Source: Tubiluchus corallicola
Taxonomy: Eukaryota; Animalia; Priapulida
Assembly (NCBI GenBank): GCA_030141605.1
Contig: JAQGDQ010000640.1
Span: 1-64,000, forward strand
Direction: 5' to 3'
Length of the DNA stretch: 64,000 bases
Shown: one piece after another, positions 37,871 through 54,100 of the stretch
Layout of the letters: each line of letters starts with the position of its first letter
Position numbering within the stretch: position 1 is the first letter of the stretch
Translations under genes and position numbers: made by a program
The notes under the pieces: model-generated
Databases searched by the model: none
What the model saw: only the letters and a program-made list of their open reading frames with translations
What the model was told of the DNA's origin: nothing

Positions 37871-40800
37871 ATGTCATCAATAGTTGAGCTCGCCCGTCGT
37901 TAATTAAGTTCTTAATTTATTATTTAATTACCAGAAACGCTTTTGCAGTATTAATTGTTTTAACATGTAAAAAAAAATGGGGTGGCATATGACATGTGTT
38001 CCTTTAATGTGACAACATCGATCAGCAGGTGGTTTTTCATAGGTAATTATACACCTAATACATAAAGACAGATATAATGCAAATCTTAATGCGTAATGTC
38101 ATATTTGTTTGGCTTTCCTACAGCTACAAAACAAGGAGTTAATGCGCATCGACTTTAGTAGTATGGCACTTTTACTTCTGTGCCATTTGTCTAATTACGT
38201 ACACTTAAGCCAACAAAAAATAAATTTCAAGATTGGATAATGACGTGGAACAGACTACTGGAGAATGGTTGTTTAACTATGTCGATTCCAGTTTGGAGAT
38301 AAGGCATAAGAACTTTATTTCACACTTAACATAATCATGATTTACAGCACGTAGTCAGTTGACGAATAAAAATATAAATAGTGCGGGAAAAGGGAACGAC
38401 CATACGGTTTCTTACTCCCTTCCCCTATATAAAGTGAATATATATCCTCTATATATATTTTAATCAGCATTGTAGACTATAATAAACTTAGTTTTTACTA
38501 GTACAATATAATGGTGTTGTTTTTTTAAATTGTAGTTTTTTTCTCATCTACTTCTTTCATCAAAGTTTAGATAATATAGAAGCCTAAATTACAAACAGAT
38601 AATAAAATAATTATACTAATTTGTAAAAATGAGAATTTGTGAATTGCCTTGAATGAAGAAGAAAGAAAAGAAAATATATTACATATGCATATGTTTGATC
38701 TCAAGGTATAAAAAGACAACAATTTTTACATAAAGTATTTTCAAACATTTCTTATTTGAGCATATTTTAGAAAGTCAACTTCATGACCAAAAATTGATTC
38801 CAAACAGATTATAGTAGTATCGAGTATAATAAGTATACATAACGTGTTGCTCAAGACAACTTTTTGCCGCTATGTGGTGCACAAACAGAGTAGGAGTAAC
38901 AGCACCAGTTATTACAAATCTCTGTTTCTAAACGTCATTGATATTGATAAATACTGATATTGATAACTAAAACAATAAAACATACAATTTAACAAACTCG
39001 TTTATTGTCTCACAGTTTTCATGCTACACGGCTTAATTTGCCAATAAAATTGTTTAAAATACAAAAATTGATTTCCACCAAAATTGGTGAAAAAACGAAA
39101 ATAAAATGGAAGATGGCCATTAATCTGACATGATTTATTGCGGAGGCTTAACAATAAGGACTGTAGCAAAGACTGTGATAAATTTGCTAACGTTGTCCAT
39201 TTCAATAATAGGCTTAAACATGTTGATTTTTATCAGAGAACCAGCACGTCAACAATAATTCATCCAAAACCAACTTCTAAATGATCTTTGCATTTCATTC
39301 AAATACTGACAACATCCCATTTTTTCATTAGAATCAGATCGAATACAAAATTACATTAAAAACTATATCTGCCTTTTCTTAAAGTAAAATTAATAGATCC
39401 ATTATTCACTTGAGTAGCAACCAAATTTATTCATTTTGTTTTTGGAAAAATCTGCTTTTATTTTCTCTTTAATGTGTAGACTACACATGTAACTGCTAAG
39501 ATTTAAAAAAAATTGGTGAAAAGTATGCCGTTATTATTAATTTTCACGATTTACACTAGTACAAAACTAGGTTAAAAGATGAGTTATATCCTATATCCAT
39601 GTACCTATTTCAAATAATCGGTCAAAAAACGAAAAGACAACTACTTTTAAATCTACATTCCGTAAGAAAATACAAAATAACAGTTATTGTCAAATGGCAG
39701 TGACAGGAATAAATGCCTTCTACAGAAAATGCCTTGAAATACTTGAGAAAACTGCAGCACCCGGTACGCACTGCCATCTATTGAGTGCAAACAATACTAA
39801 TCTTGCATAGATTACAAAACGATTTTATTTTCGACTACCTTTTAAATAGTGATAACTAAAACTGATCTCTCTACTCGTACATGATAAATACGACAAAAAT
39901 TTACACAAACTCACCTAGGCCTCAAACTAAGAATAATTAAGCAACATAGAAACTTTCACAGGCTACAAATACATTGTACCGTCTTGGCATTATTTTATAC
40001 AATGTACACAAAAATCATTATTACAGCTCAATGAATTCAAACAACATTATTACGTAAGATACAAATAGAATATATGTAACATACAATATAATAATACAGC
40101 GCAGCGGCTAACCTTCCTATGTAAATTCTCCCTAATTCTAAATCTGCCTAAAATTCTTTTGCTTAATGTTTGATTGAAATCTACTTGCACCATTTATTTT
40201 CTGATGAAAAAATGATTTCAAAAAATTGCAAACTTGAGCCATAACTGTACGCATCTAATTTCCCAGTTTTGGTGAAATTCGGCTGGCAAACTGCCTTTCA
40301 TCATTTTTGCTTTTCAACAAAGAATTTGCACAGCATTTAAGCCATTTCTCTGCATCCAATCTGAATTAAAACTTGCCAAAAATCTAACAAAATAAACCCA
40401 CCAGATACCTAATTATTTGACAGCTAAAGTTCAATACAAGACATCAAACAAAGCAAAACGTTTCTATGTAAATTCATCTACAATAACTTCCATTCTATTA
40501 AGGCTTTGCTTTAATACACATCATTTAATACTTATCATATACACATTATAATCCAAGCACTTGGAAGACGTACAGTTTCAGCAACTGTTACAGTTTAATT
40601 ATATTAATTGCACTTAGACGTAGGGCCACTCATACATGTCCAGACCTGCCTAAATAGGTCAGGAATAGCTTCCTTTAATTCTTGTGAAGAAGTGCGTTTT
40701 ACAGGTTTAACGTTACTGCTTAGGAACTCTAATTAAGTAAATTGACCACTGGCTAATAGACATTTTAAAACTACAGGAAGACTGACACTAGTGTAAGACA

Positions 40801-42177
40801 CATCCGGTGGATGGAGAAGTGGTAGCAACTGCACAAGTGCGACTGACACGGGGTTGATATAAAAACGGTGTGAACTGGCCTTTAAATTGCAACAGGTGAC
40901 ATCAGCTAGGTTCTTTGTGATAAAAAAAACACAGAGTTAGACTAGGCGCAGTTGTTTCGTATAAGCATTATGACTCAAAGGACTTCAAAAGACACAACAC
41001 TGTAGACTTTAGAAACGCATACCATAGTGTTGTTAAGAATGAAGGCAACAAACAAGTTAAAAGACAAAATATCAAGCAAAAAATGAAAAGGTAGGTAACT
41101 TGGCAGTGAAATGAATAACCACGAATGTGGTATAAAAGCACACAGGTAACACGGCAGATGTAGATGTGATGACTGACGAGTAAGCACAAACATACATATT
41201 GCCACTGATAGAGTCCTGTAAATCTTCATAAACTGCAGCCATAAAGCTGCATTCATACCTGTACAATAAGTGACAAGAATTATAACTGAAACGTTCATAC
41301 GCCGCACACGTACACACTAATACATCTGTTAATATAGCACCATTGTGAGGTTCTCTACACATAAATAATTAAAAATTAAATACAAAAAAATCAATGTCGC
41401 ACACGTTTTACACTCACAAGCATTGTGGAAAGATATTTCATGCTCCTGCTTTATAAGAGTATTCCTCAAAAAGAAAGAAATTGCAATGCATTATGGGTAA
41501 AACCACGTGTTTAATCGTAACACGATCTACCTATCAAGAGCATATACATACATTTCTAATTCTGAAATATTATTAAACTATAGAATATTGATACAAATTT
41601 GTTAACAAAGTCGCCAGCAGATGATGCAATTTTGATTCAATTCTGAGCTGTACAATGTATCTGAAGTTTACATTTTTCGCAATAATGATATATTTAATAT
41701 TAAACTTGCTGTTACTTTTTATTTGGCATAAAAACAACATTAATAAAAATTACACATACACACAGAGAGATTCGTGACTTCTTGTTGAAATGTGAAACTT
41801 TTTAGTGCGTGTATCCTGGGACAAACCCTGCAGTGAAAATAATTGGTTCTAGCACCTGTGATAAATGGGATAGAACAGCTTCTTCCAACATTTTTGTCAT
41901 CATGATACAGATGCTTGAGATTCTTCAATGCAGCCTGGATGTCATGTTCTAGGTTTCAAAATAAAGATGCTGGACACTTAGCAGTAAAAATGGAGTGAAG
42001 TTACCTGGTAAACGGAGATAATCGCGCAATGCAAGTCAGCATGGCCATGAGCACCTTTTGCATAATTATAAAAATTACTGTACAAAACACCACTGTACAC
42101 AACAAGGTTCGTAATAACTTTTTTGGCCGCTAGATGGCAATGATTGTCGGCATTTTCACTATAAGATGGCGCCGTGA

Positions 42178-45100
42178 TCAAGGCCGACAGTCCCGGAAGT
42201 GTGCCGCTTTATCATCTATATCAGTCAAATAACCCATCATGCGCTCATTCAGTTTCTCTATTTCATCTGTTAGATCTTTTAGTAACTTTTCTTGGCTAAC
42301 GAATTCAGTTTGCATTTCTAGAATAAGAAAAAATTCCTTATGTTAATATTTGAAGCAAGTTTATATTAGAATTCTTCGTACAGGCGTGTTAATGCAAATT
42401 TGCCACTGTGATCTGGCTTAAAGCAGTATGACATCAATAAATTTTTTCAGCTGTTATATCTTTCTAAATCATGAAAGGATTCTAAAATTGCAAAATGTTA
42501 ACTGAATAAGGTGCAAGACAAAGTGAAGAGAAAAATTTTGTACAAAATTTTGTGCAAAAATGTTTAATGTTGACATATTTTACAGGTACAAACTTACAGA
42601 GCCTCAAAGGATTTCAATTTAGCCTACTGCCACAGAGAACTAGTCAAAACGTTCATGATCAAATGCAACTCCTATTTAATACGCTTACAACATCAACGTA
42701 CAGTGTTCCCTCTCTACTTCACGGTTCGTTTATCGCGGACTCGCTGTTTCGCGGGTTTTTGCTGTAGTCCGTCTAAAGTATTTTTGCACATGCATAGTAC
42801 GTATTGTACAGTAATGTATATTTTGATGAATTTTGCATAAATATATATTAAAAATATTAATTCTAACATTAAAAGAATATTANAAATCATAAAAAATTAC
42901 CATTTACAGTAAATAGTGTATTTATTCGGCAGATGAATACACACAAAAAACGAAATGTAGTACATGGGCGCGCAAATAAGTATAGCGTCCTCACTTCGCG
43001 GAAATTTGGAATGGAACACCCGCGATAAGTGAGGGAACACTGTACAATAAAAAACAACAGATAATAGTCAATCAAATTTTGTAACATTCGAGACAACTTG
43101 AAGACTTGCATGCGAAATGCTAAAAACGAATGTTCTTTTTGGCATTAAGTTATCCCATTCAGTGTGTTATAATAACAATAAAAACACGAGCCGGAAGACA
43201 CAGTCCCACTTACTTTTTAATTCGGTGAGTTTGCTACCCGTATTTTCGGCGAGCTCTGAGGCTCGTGATCGTAGCTCTTCCGCTCGCTCGACGGCAGTTT
43301 CACTCGTCGCTGACTTTTCATCTACTTCCTGCTTCACTTCGTCGAGCTTTTCCTTAAGTTCTATTGCATCCTAAACGAGAAAACAAAAAATCAATAAAGC
43401 ATTCTCACACGTCTGAATATGACTATTAAAATATTGCAAAAATCAAAACTACAGCAAATGCCGTTAACCCTACGTAAAAGATCAAAGAGGGCAGGACTCA
43501 AGGAGATCTTGGTCCTGCCGCTGAGGCGAAGCAATGATTACACACGTGCTTTTGACTGTAATTATACCAGTTCCTGTTACGTTTATGAATCTTACACACA
43601 TCTTTGTCATCACAATTGTGGCATTACTCTTGATGTAACAAAACAATGGCAGTGACAGCCCGTAGTTAAAATTAGTGGGGGTGCTGCTTCAGCAAATTTT
43701 TAGACATCGTTTTAATACTGTGTAAAACGAAACAAACATATGTAATTTTAATGTTGTAGTTTGTATTTGTAATTTAAAACAAACAAACATATAAAAATTT
43801 ATATATAAAATTGATAAAATCCCAAACAACAAATTTTTTGCATACAAATAGCCTAAGTTCAAGTCAATTCAAGTCGCAATTCAAGAATGCGCTGGTATAT
43901 GGCTTTTAAGAATGTGACAACTGACAACAAACTGTATGAGCGACAGTGCTTTCTCTGCCTAGCAGCGTGCTATCTCAGACAAGTGCACATGGCCGCGTGC
44001 ACACAACAGCCGAACTCCCCACTGTGCTGGGCTGTGAAGCAAACAGTACTATCCTCACGTGCTCTGGTTCTGTACACGTATAAAGAAAGAACTAAATAAA
44101 AAAGACTTATTATATTGAATATTATCGATAATAGGGAGTGCTGCAGTTCCACAGTACCTACACACGAGCCGCAACTGAACAATGGGCACAACAAAAACAG
44201 CCACATAAAGTAATTGTAAACAAAGTTGGACCGAAATTTGTACACGCAACTACTTACCTTATCAGCCTGTTCTGCCAATTCCTGAGCACGCACGGACTCG
44301 TCCATTGCCTTCTTTACATTGATCTCATTCTGAGTAAATTTCGTCTTGACTTTGCCAAACTTTTCTCGCAATTTATTCACATCCTGCCAGAAAACAACCA
44401 GTCAAAACAACATTGAAAAATAAAAAAAATAAAAGGCAGGCATTTAATTTTTTTCAGTGGTGTTTCTTCACTGCAAGAAATACCTTAACTTGTTAGATTA
44501 TTGAACTTTACACAGTACAGCAAATTTAGGTAGGTGTTATTTTGCACACCAAACAAGATAATTGAACTAAATGAATAAATTAATGCTTCACTCACAAATA
44601 AGTTTATCCAATAACAGGTAGTACCCGTTACTGATTTTGAAAATATTATAAACAAAGAATGGACAAGAAAACCTGCTTTCATAGCATTACATAAAAACAT
44701 GTTTACATTATAAATAATGCATGTTTATTTACTAATATTATAACTAATAACCTTCCATTAATTTTTCCAATTATGCAGAAAATGGTTGACCTAACACTTA
44801 AAAAGGAACAAAAGTCATTGTTCCCTAATTAAACTGATTACTAGATGAAGACAAAATAACACACCTCCTCTGACTGCGTAGCTTTCTTCATGGCCGTGTT
44901 CGTCTCTTCCGTGATCTGTTCCATGTCCTGCTTGGCCGACTCGATGTCATTCTCCGCTTGGTCAATGGCGTCTTGAGCTTTATCCTGCGCTTCTTTAGCC
45001 GCATTCAGTGCATCAATCACACCTTGAGCAATGCCTAATATATTGTCAGCTGCTTCTCTGAAAACCATACAATCATGTCACGAGATTTGATCAACAATCA

Positions 45101-48100
45101 GAAAGCTGTGGGTTCAAGTTCTGGCTTGGCTCAAATTTTTTTTGTCAATCACCAAACGTTTAAAATTCTTTGAAGGTCTTTGACAATAATACATAACAGC
45201 CACTAATTAAGCAGTGATTAACATTAGTGATAATTTTGCTGTCACTTTTTCAATATTAAAAAACAGTGGTTTGAATGATAGCAAATAAAACCACCCAAGT
45301 GACAATTTTGCAAGTGGTCACACATCCACTTGTTGACTAGATACAATACGATTACAATTATCACAATTATATGTTTTTCTAATCTGCCATGTCATTATTA
45401 TTAAATACTTTCATTTGTATAAAGTCAACATTAAGGTGGGTGAAATAGCTCAGTGTGTGCATGTGTGCACAGCAAGGTAACTTCAGTAAAATGAAGCCCA
45501 GTTAACAAATTGATAGGTGGGCTGGAAAAGTGTTCCCTGAGTTATTTTAAATCACCAACACAACATTTGGTTTGATAAACTTCTCTTACTTGGCAGTGTC
45601 AGCTCGGTCCTTCAAGTCTTGAGCGGTTGCAAGATCTCCAGCCGTTGCTTCCAAAATGGCATCAATGTCTGTCAAGCTCTGGATTGTGCTGTTGATTTCC
45701 TCGGCCAAATCCTTAATCTGATCCGGCTTCAGGGAGATGCTCATTCCAAGTACCTCGTTTGCCATTTCTCGGATCATGGCGGGCGTGGCGCCCTCGGCTT
45801 GGAGGAAGTCGTTGATGTCTGTGATCAAATCGCTCAGGTCGGTTTGTGCTGATTTCGATAAGTTCATGGCCATGTAGGCCTTATCATACGCAGTCTGAGC
45901 ATCCTTATGCGCCTGGTCAACTTCTTCTTTTGCTGCTTTAATCTGCAGTTGAAAAAGTTTTAGTTTGATTCTTTATAATTCAGAAAAGCATATCAAGCCC
46001 AACAAAAGATGTATTTGTTCTAAGATCTCGCATTCATAACATTGTTCAAAATAAAAAAAACAAAGTTGCAGGAAATGCAAGGGAGTAACTGTTGTGTTTT
46101 GTTTCTCTCGGAAGGCTCATAGAGAAAACCAGAAAACACGTCGTCAAATTAAACTAGTTTATTATATGAGAATTCTACAACACAAAAGTATGAAGAAAAT
46201 GTTTACAGTAAATGTGATAACCTGGAAACATAAAAACGAGAAAGCGTATCTGAGAATCTGAGAATACGAGGATAGAAATAGAAAGTTCTCGAAACTTCTA
46301 CAAGGTAAGAAGATAGTTCTACTATACTATAGAACATTCTACAATATTCTGTTCAATTCTAATGGATCTCCAAAACAGTAATTTAAAGAAAGTACAATAT
46401 CTTGTTTGAAGACTTCTCAAAGGCGTGTGTTAGAACAATGATATCCTCTTGCTGTATTGTAATAATAAAATAGTAATAAAATGTTAGAGCTCAGAAATGG
46501 CAAGACACATTCTGGTATTTCAGAAATGGCACTGAAACATTCAAGCATTCAAAATAATGGCAGCAAAATATTTTAGTGTTTCAGAAACGGCAAAGAAACA
46601 GTCACTCATTCAAAATAATGGCTACTTAACATTTTATTGCTTCCAAAATGGTAATAAAACTTTCAAATATTCAAAATTGCACAAATGAAACCTTGCCTTA
46701 CTATACTATCCAACTTAAAATATGAAAGCACAGAATTAAAAAGTGCAGTTATTAACTGGTATTCACAATTTGCAAAATCAGTAATTTTATTTTCCTTTAT
46801 TTTCCATTATCAGCAATCCCTTTATTTTCCTCCTCCTCATAATTCTCTACAATAAACTATTTCAATTTTGCTGGAAAAAGTGACAAACCTCCGACAATGT
46901 CTCTTTAGCCACTGATGCCTTGTTGTCTAGGATCTCTTCTGTTTCCTTGGCAAGGTCTAAAGATGATTTGGCTTTATCCACTGCACCATCGCAGCTCAGT
47001 CCACCACATTTGCCACATCCGGCACCGCCGCAAAGATCATCGCAAGGATCGCCGCGCCCGTCGCACACCTACACATAAAAAAGGTTAATTCAATAAGCCA
47101 TAATCTCAAAAACAGTAACTTAAGTCTGCTATTGTTTAACACACAACAAACAAAAATTCTAATATTGTACATGGCAACATCTGCTTCAAGGACAAACTGT
47201 TGTGGCATGAGCCTTTAAAATGCATCAAAGAACATTCTTTTGTATCAAAATGCTGTCTTTAATGATGCCCTAAGCATGTTTTCTATGATGAAGAGCAAGT
47301 ACTTGGCTTACAAAACTGCACCCGCATCGTATCTTATTAACATTACTGTTGAACTAAATTACTTTTTATGCCACTGTGACAACAAGAATTGGTTCTATGA
47401 ACTAACGAATTGGCTTTTACGCATGTTATTTTGTCAGTTTTTAAAAGCATGAATAAACATTGAAGGAAAAAACATATTTTAACAAACATTTCAACACTTT
47501 TCTTGGTGCCCAAAAATAAGCTTTGACTTAAACCTTCTGCTGTTCATCTGTCTCTTTAGTGGTCAGTTTGCATTGCTTAACTTCAGCTGCAAAGTTGCAG
47601 TGAAACCACATACATTATGACCACTCAGTTATTCCCTTTAGCCAAATAAAATAATTCTCCTGCTACATGCCAAAATATAAAATTTAAATCAAATGCATCT
47701 GCTAATGCCATTTTTCTCACTTTTCCATTAAATTATCATAAGTGGTTAGTCATATGTCGTGTGCACAAAGCTTATCATTAATGTTCCACCCAATGAGAAA
47801 ATTGTCTTCTATTCAGACAGCACTTACAATCAACAAGGCATTACACTGCAAGGTCTATCTTGTTCTATCTGTTGTAAATACTGTCACATATCGAAGCACA
47901 GCGAACATCATTGACCGTACAGAGAACTTCATCTATTTAGTTGGGACATTAGGTAGACAGTGTCAACAACCAAACAGTAGTTTGGTTTACCTTTGTCATG
48001 CATTTGTATCAACTAAATAAAAAATTGACTGCTACAATTATTTGCTGTAAAACGTGCTGACATTGCAGACACTCACCAGATCATTTATATCAGCGATCTG

Positions 48101-51100
48101 AGATTCCAAACCATCAACTTTGTCTTCGATGTCTTTCAAAGCATTCTCGTTCTCCTGATACTTCCTCTCAAACTCCTCCTGCGAATCTGTAAGCAACAAC
48201 ATGGCTTTGTTTCAAACAAGACATGTGCAAAAGTAAGCAACACAAAACAAGACTTGGCTTCATTGCAACTAAATACAAGTAGTTTAATAATTAAAACAAA
48301 TAAATTTAAATATGGCTTACTAAAATGCAAAATGAATGCTCTGAATACAAGATATGACATTTTATGTCTACATCTACTTTGACCGAATTTGGAAACTTAC
48401 AGAGGCAATGCTAAAAGTATTCAATATGTCTTCCTTACTTAATGCAAAAATACTCACTGGCAATAAGATCGTCCACACGCTGACGTTCCTCCTCTGACTG
48501 CCTTACAGTCTCCGCAGCTTCGTCGACTTTGTCCTGAGCGCGTTGAGATTTCTTCTGCGCCTCTTTGGTTATATTAAACGCACCTAACAAAAGGCCATGT
48601 AAAACATACTTGTCTTTGCATAAAAAAATCAACTGCAGTAAACCAAACAAATCTCTATATTATAAACTAAAAAAAGCCGATAAGCTGTTTAAGTTTCAGG
48701 TGCGAATGCTAGTTTTCAGATACGTAAATAATTTGTACTAAGGCAAGCTGTATTATCACAACTAGCAAATGAAATCATTGAAAAACTTCCAGAACTTTTC
48801 GTTCAAGTATAGTTTCAGTTGCAGCATACAGTCAACCTCGGGTATAAGGTACTCGCTTATGAGGGACCATCAACACCAGTCCTGATTTTTCGTAACGTTT
48901 ATCCTATGTAAAAATCTTCGTATATAAGGTACTCGCTTATAAGAGACCATCAACACCAATCCCGATTTTTCGTAATGTTTTTCCTATGTAAAAATCTTCG
49001 TATATAAGGTACTCAGATATAAGAGATTTTTGGTTATAAGGGACGACGTCTTCAGGTCCCGCGTAATAGAAACGCAGATAAATTACCTCGAATACAAGAG
49101 ACCCTATGATCAAAGCGAAACTGATCGATTTTTAACCTCAATTTTAACCAAACTTGGCCTTCGTACAGCTGGGTTTCCGCAGTCACATACGTCTCGCCTC
49201 ACTGAAGGAGCTCCCTACATACTGTTTGCACTGAATGTGTAGCAGCAAGGATATAAGAGACGGTTTTTTCCGCTCCCGAGGTGTCCCTTATATCCGAGGT
49301 TGACTGTATGTATCACAATTATGATTTTAACCGAGCAAAACAGAAACAATTACTTTGTTTACTTCGTAACATTAAAAAAGCAAAATTTTGAAAAGCCTGG
49401 TTTATCTTTTTGGCAAATAGCAGTTAAGTCGACTATAATTTGTTACCAGAACTTTTTCTACAGTTGGACGATCACAACATAAGTACAATTTTTTTCTTTA
49501 CATAAACTACACCTAAGAAACCTAGAAGCTAGCTTATACCAGGCCACTAGAATTAGTTAAGAGAAAAATTACAATATATTGCTAATGGTTAGTGTGAGTT
49601 ACAGTGGGAGTTAGTAGTACTAATTTCCATAATTACGATGTAAACTGATGGTCGGTGCAGACTGCTCCAACAATCATCAATGCAACTACACCAATTTTTA
49701 AGTTACACCGATAACATTTTAAGAAATTTAAAAATATGGAACCTTCTATATCTCCTTCTTGTATACGAGAAGCATTGGTCTTGAGCTCCTCAGCGTCTTG
49801 CTGCAGTTTTTCTCCGGAAGCCTCGAGGCCCTCGAGTCGTCGTCTCACCTCCTCTGTCCGCTGGGTGGTGTTGCTGAGTTTCTGGTTGACACCGTCCAAC
49901 TGATGAGCATTTTCTGTTAAGTTAGAGCTGCAGAAAATGCAAAAATAAACATTGGCTTGTCATTCACTTCATAACAAATTTGAAACGAAGTAGTCAGGTC
50001 AGATCAGATTTTAAATGATTTGAGAAAACTTCTGCGAAAAAAAGAAAAATGTCTGATGCCTGTTTCGCTAACATTTCAGTCGGGCAACTGCGAAACTTTG
50101 CAACTTAGAATTCTGCAAAATCCAACCCAGTACATATACGTTAAGGAACATAAAGCCATTTACTTACATTTACTAAAAAATTTTGTCTTGAAATTTTGTA
50201 TAAACTACATACTGTTCTTATTGTGCATAGAAGCTACATTAGGAGCAACTCTGTGTAAAACTTGAATAATTTGTATAGCCATTAGGTGCAGCCATTTTAG
50301 CGATAAGTCCTTTGAAGCCAATTTAGATAACACGGCATAAAGTTTGAAAAAATAATCAGCGCATTTGTAATGCACACGTCACCAACTAAGCAAAAGAATA
50401 AATTACTTTATCTTGTCAATAAGATTAATAATATATTTCTGGGCGAGTCCTGACATTTTGTGATGCACACTGGGATAGTAAAACACTGAAATTTTAACAG
50501 CTACGAACGTTCTAAATTACTGAGAATTTTCTTTTTCAGTTATACAAGTCTTTCAAACAGGCAAGAGTAATACTAAGTCAGAGAACTTTATACGGAAAGC
50601 TTTTTGAGACATACTTTAGAATTCTTTTTTCTTTCCCTTTAATTTTAAAATTAGCTTTATTTCCTTTTTCTTTAATAGCTGCCATACGATTTATTTTCTC
50701 CACTGTTTTATTTTCAAAATCTTTCACCATAACAATGATCTATCACCATGTGTTTCTTGTAGTTTCACTACTTAGGGATTCCTGACTAAATGATGTGGGC
50801 CATGCCACCTTCATTGACTTTGTAAATTATTATGTGTTGTTAAGGCATAATTTTCTTACAAAAGCAAGTATACGATTTTGATTCAGCACTGAAGGGCAGG
50901 AATGAATGACCTTAATTTGCATAACAAAAAACCTACTGCCTACAGATTTTAAAATTTGCAGTCTATTAAACATCATACTTTAAAGAGTTGATGACATCTT
51001 GCAAAGTCTGTACATCCTGTTGTGTGACCTTAGCATTGTCGAGAATATTCTGGACACGGTCCAGCTTTTCCTCCATTGCACGGAACTCCTCGTCGTATGC

Positions 51101-54100
51101 TCCGGTGGCGCCGGTGGTTTTCAGCTGACTGGCTTCCTCGATCAACCGATGTGTGTCATCTGCAGATAAACGTAAAATTTCTATTCAAAATTTCACAGAA
51201 CAACAAATTTTGGATTTCCTAAATCGTTGGACTGCATGAACAATGTAGAATCATCAATGAACAATGCAGAATTGTCAATGAACAATGTAGAATTGTCAAT
51301 GAACAATGTAGAATTGTCAATGAACAATGTAGAATCGTCAGTAAACAATGTAGAATTGTCAGTGAACAATGTAGAGTCGTCGTGGCAAAACATGAACACG
51401 GCAAGGAGAAACACACAAATTCTGCTAAAATTTTGGCTTTATTTAACTATGATTATTTCTAAATTTTCCAGTTTTTGCTCACTAAAGTTATAGAGAAAGT
51501 GCATAGCTAAACATTATTTTTTTCGGTTTGAAGTATGTTTAAATAACTTTAACATTATTTCACTGTGTCTAGATTGCAACATCTTCCATCAAAAGTGCAC
51601 GCTCATTAATGTAAACAACAGTGTACAGCATCAAGTGTTCCAATATTACAATTTAATCCACGCAATTTGTATCATTTTTCAAATTCCATTTACATGGCAA
51701 GTTATTATGGGAAAGAAGCCAAGTAATTAATTTTCCAATGTGAAAAACCTGCATCAAAACCACTTACTAGTTAAACCACTGATTATAAGATCCCAATTAT
51801 CAAAGCACTCGCCACACGGCACGCAATTTGGCAGTTCTCCAGTGGTTCCACGCTCGCACTGATCGCACCGCCATCCAGTGATACCCGGCATGCACACGCA
51901 TTGACCGGTCTGGCGGTCGCACTGCCGAGTCGCTGACCCTTGGTCATCGCAATCACAGGCTAAAAAGACAAAAATATGGTTCACTAGATAATTCACAATG
52001 ACAAAACCTCAACACAGAACAAGCCACTTTTTAAGGAACAGAACTAGAGTTTCCACATTAAACCTACTATTGGCTTTCAAGATTGCCCATATTGCTAATG
52101 CTGGTCATAAAGATCTGCCACAATGCTACTGTCGCTCTTAGAGATCTCTCTTACATTGTTGTTGTTTGTCTTAGAGAGGTTTTTATGCACACACATTTGA
52201 GTTGTTTAAATATGATGAACAATCTCAACTAGATTTCATCAGTGACAACAAAGTTAATAGCAGATCTGAAAGAGAACGTAAGAAAATTTATCAACGCTTA
52301 CGCCAACATTCATTTTTGGTTGGATCTCCCCAGTAGTAGTCTCTGCATGCGGAGCAATCACGCCCACCACGACCCTCGATGCAATGGCACTGCCCGGAAA
52401 ACTGTTGAAAACAAAAAATATTTATGTTAGTGCAGCACTGAACAAAAGATTTAAGCAGCGATCGAGAAGCAACATTCGAAAGCGATAGTGTTGTTTTTGT
52501 AAAGAAGTGAAGGACCAAAATGAAAAATGAAGCACCTTGAAGATTTGATTCTGGACTCAGTCGCGAAGAAACATTTGGTGTCATAACTAAACCACTAGCT
52601 GCAGTAGCACATGTTCCAATATTATAACAGTTGTACACTATAGCGTTTTAACCCTTCAAAAAACTTGGGACAATTTATAAAGTTACTCATGCTTTAAGTT
52701 ACTTTTACATGTAACTATTAATTAACTACATTAATATATATAATATTATTAAAGTATTAATATAACAAGGTAATAACAGAATGGCAGTAATTTTTTTAGT
52801 AATATAAGTGCAAAAAAGAAATCAAAGCAAAGATAAAAACAGATGCAATAATAAACAACATGTACTTATAAAAGAGTTGTCTATGGCATTTCCCTGTTCC
52901 CATTAGAAAGATTACAAAAACAGAAAGCCTTTTTAGATTGTTTTTGATGTGTTTATATTTCAAGCTACATTTTACAACTGTATTTTTTACTTTTGAGCAG
53001 TTACTCAATTAAATATATGACAGTGATAATTAGATTAACAATGACAGTAATGACAGTTTTCACAAAGAACCTCTCTGTCACACAAAGAAAGTCTCTTACC
53101 TCGTTGCACTGCTCAGCTAACGATCCATCCGGATCACACGCACATGGTTCACAACCCTCTCCACTGGCTATTTTCCAATGGTTCACCTCACATTCGTCAC
53201 ATGAGATACCCAGGACATTGGGCAGGCAAGGACACTGTCCAGTGTAGCGGTCACATGGGCCATTTGTACGATTTGTGCCCAAAACGCTACAAACGCAGGC
53301 TGTAAAAACAGAAACTCTGTAGAATGACTGAGCTCTGCACGAGTTATAATTATTTTTAGCTAAACGAATTCAGAAAATATAATGTAATTTTCAAAGATTA
53401 TACATTCAACGTCTGTACAGTATTGTGATCAATGATAAGTATTTTTTATTAAAATCTGCGAATCATGCATACTGTTCTGAATTCGAGACGAAATTCTACA
53501 ACAGAAATGCAAACAAAATCACAATGATAAGATCTTTCATAATTTGGAACGATAATTACCGAGTGAGACTCAATTCACTTGCAAGTTATGGCACACATTC
53601 TTATCAGCAGAATGCCATCAGGCATGGAGCTACCTGGCCACGCAAGAGATTGTAAAATCACTGCAAAATATGGCTTAGATATGCACTGATAACCACATCC
53701 GGCACGGTCGTTCTGTTATGATATTACGTGGACATTGTTAGGCGAACCCACCGGTCACATTGATCTGACATCACTCACCATTCCAGTTTAGGTTTAGCAC
53801 TTTTTGAATTAATGGCTGACGATATATCATACAAAAGACTACTTAACTCTTAAATGCCAAATAACTCTTAACTCCTACTACTTAAATGCCATTTGACATA
53901 TTTAGTTGCATTGAGTTTCTTATTATTGTTTTCACTTGTTCGCGTTTTCAAGCCAAGTGGTTGTTCCACACATATGCCCACATTTTTGACTTTTCGCAAA
54001 GGCTGATTTTTTGAAAAGGGCGTAATGAAAATTGAATTCATGAACAATACATACGAAGATGAACATTATAAACAAGTTGTGCCACAACCTATTTTTTGTG

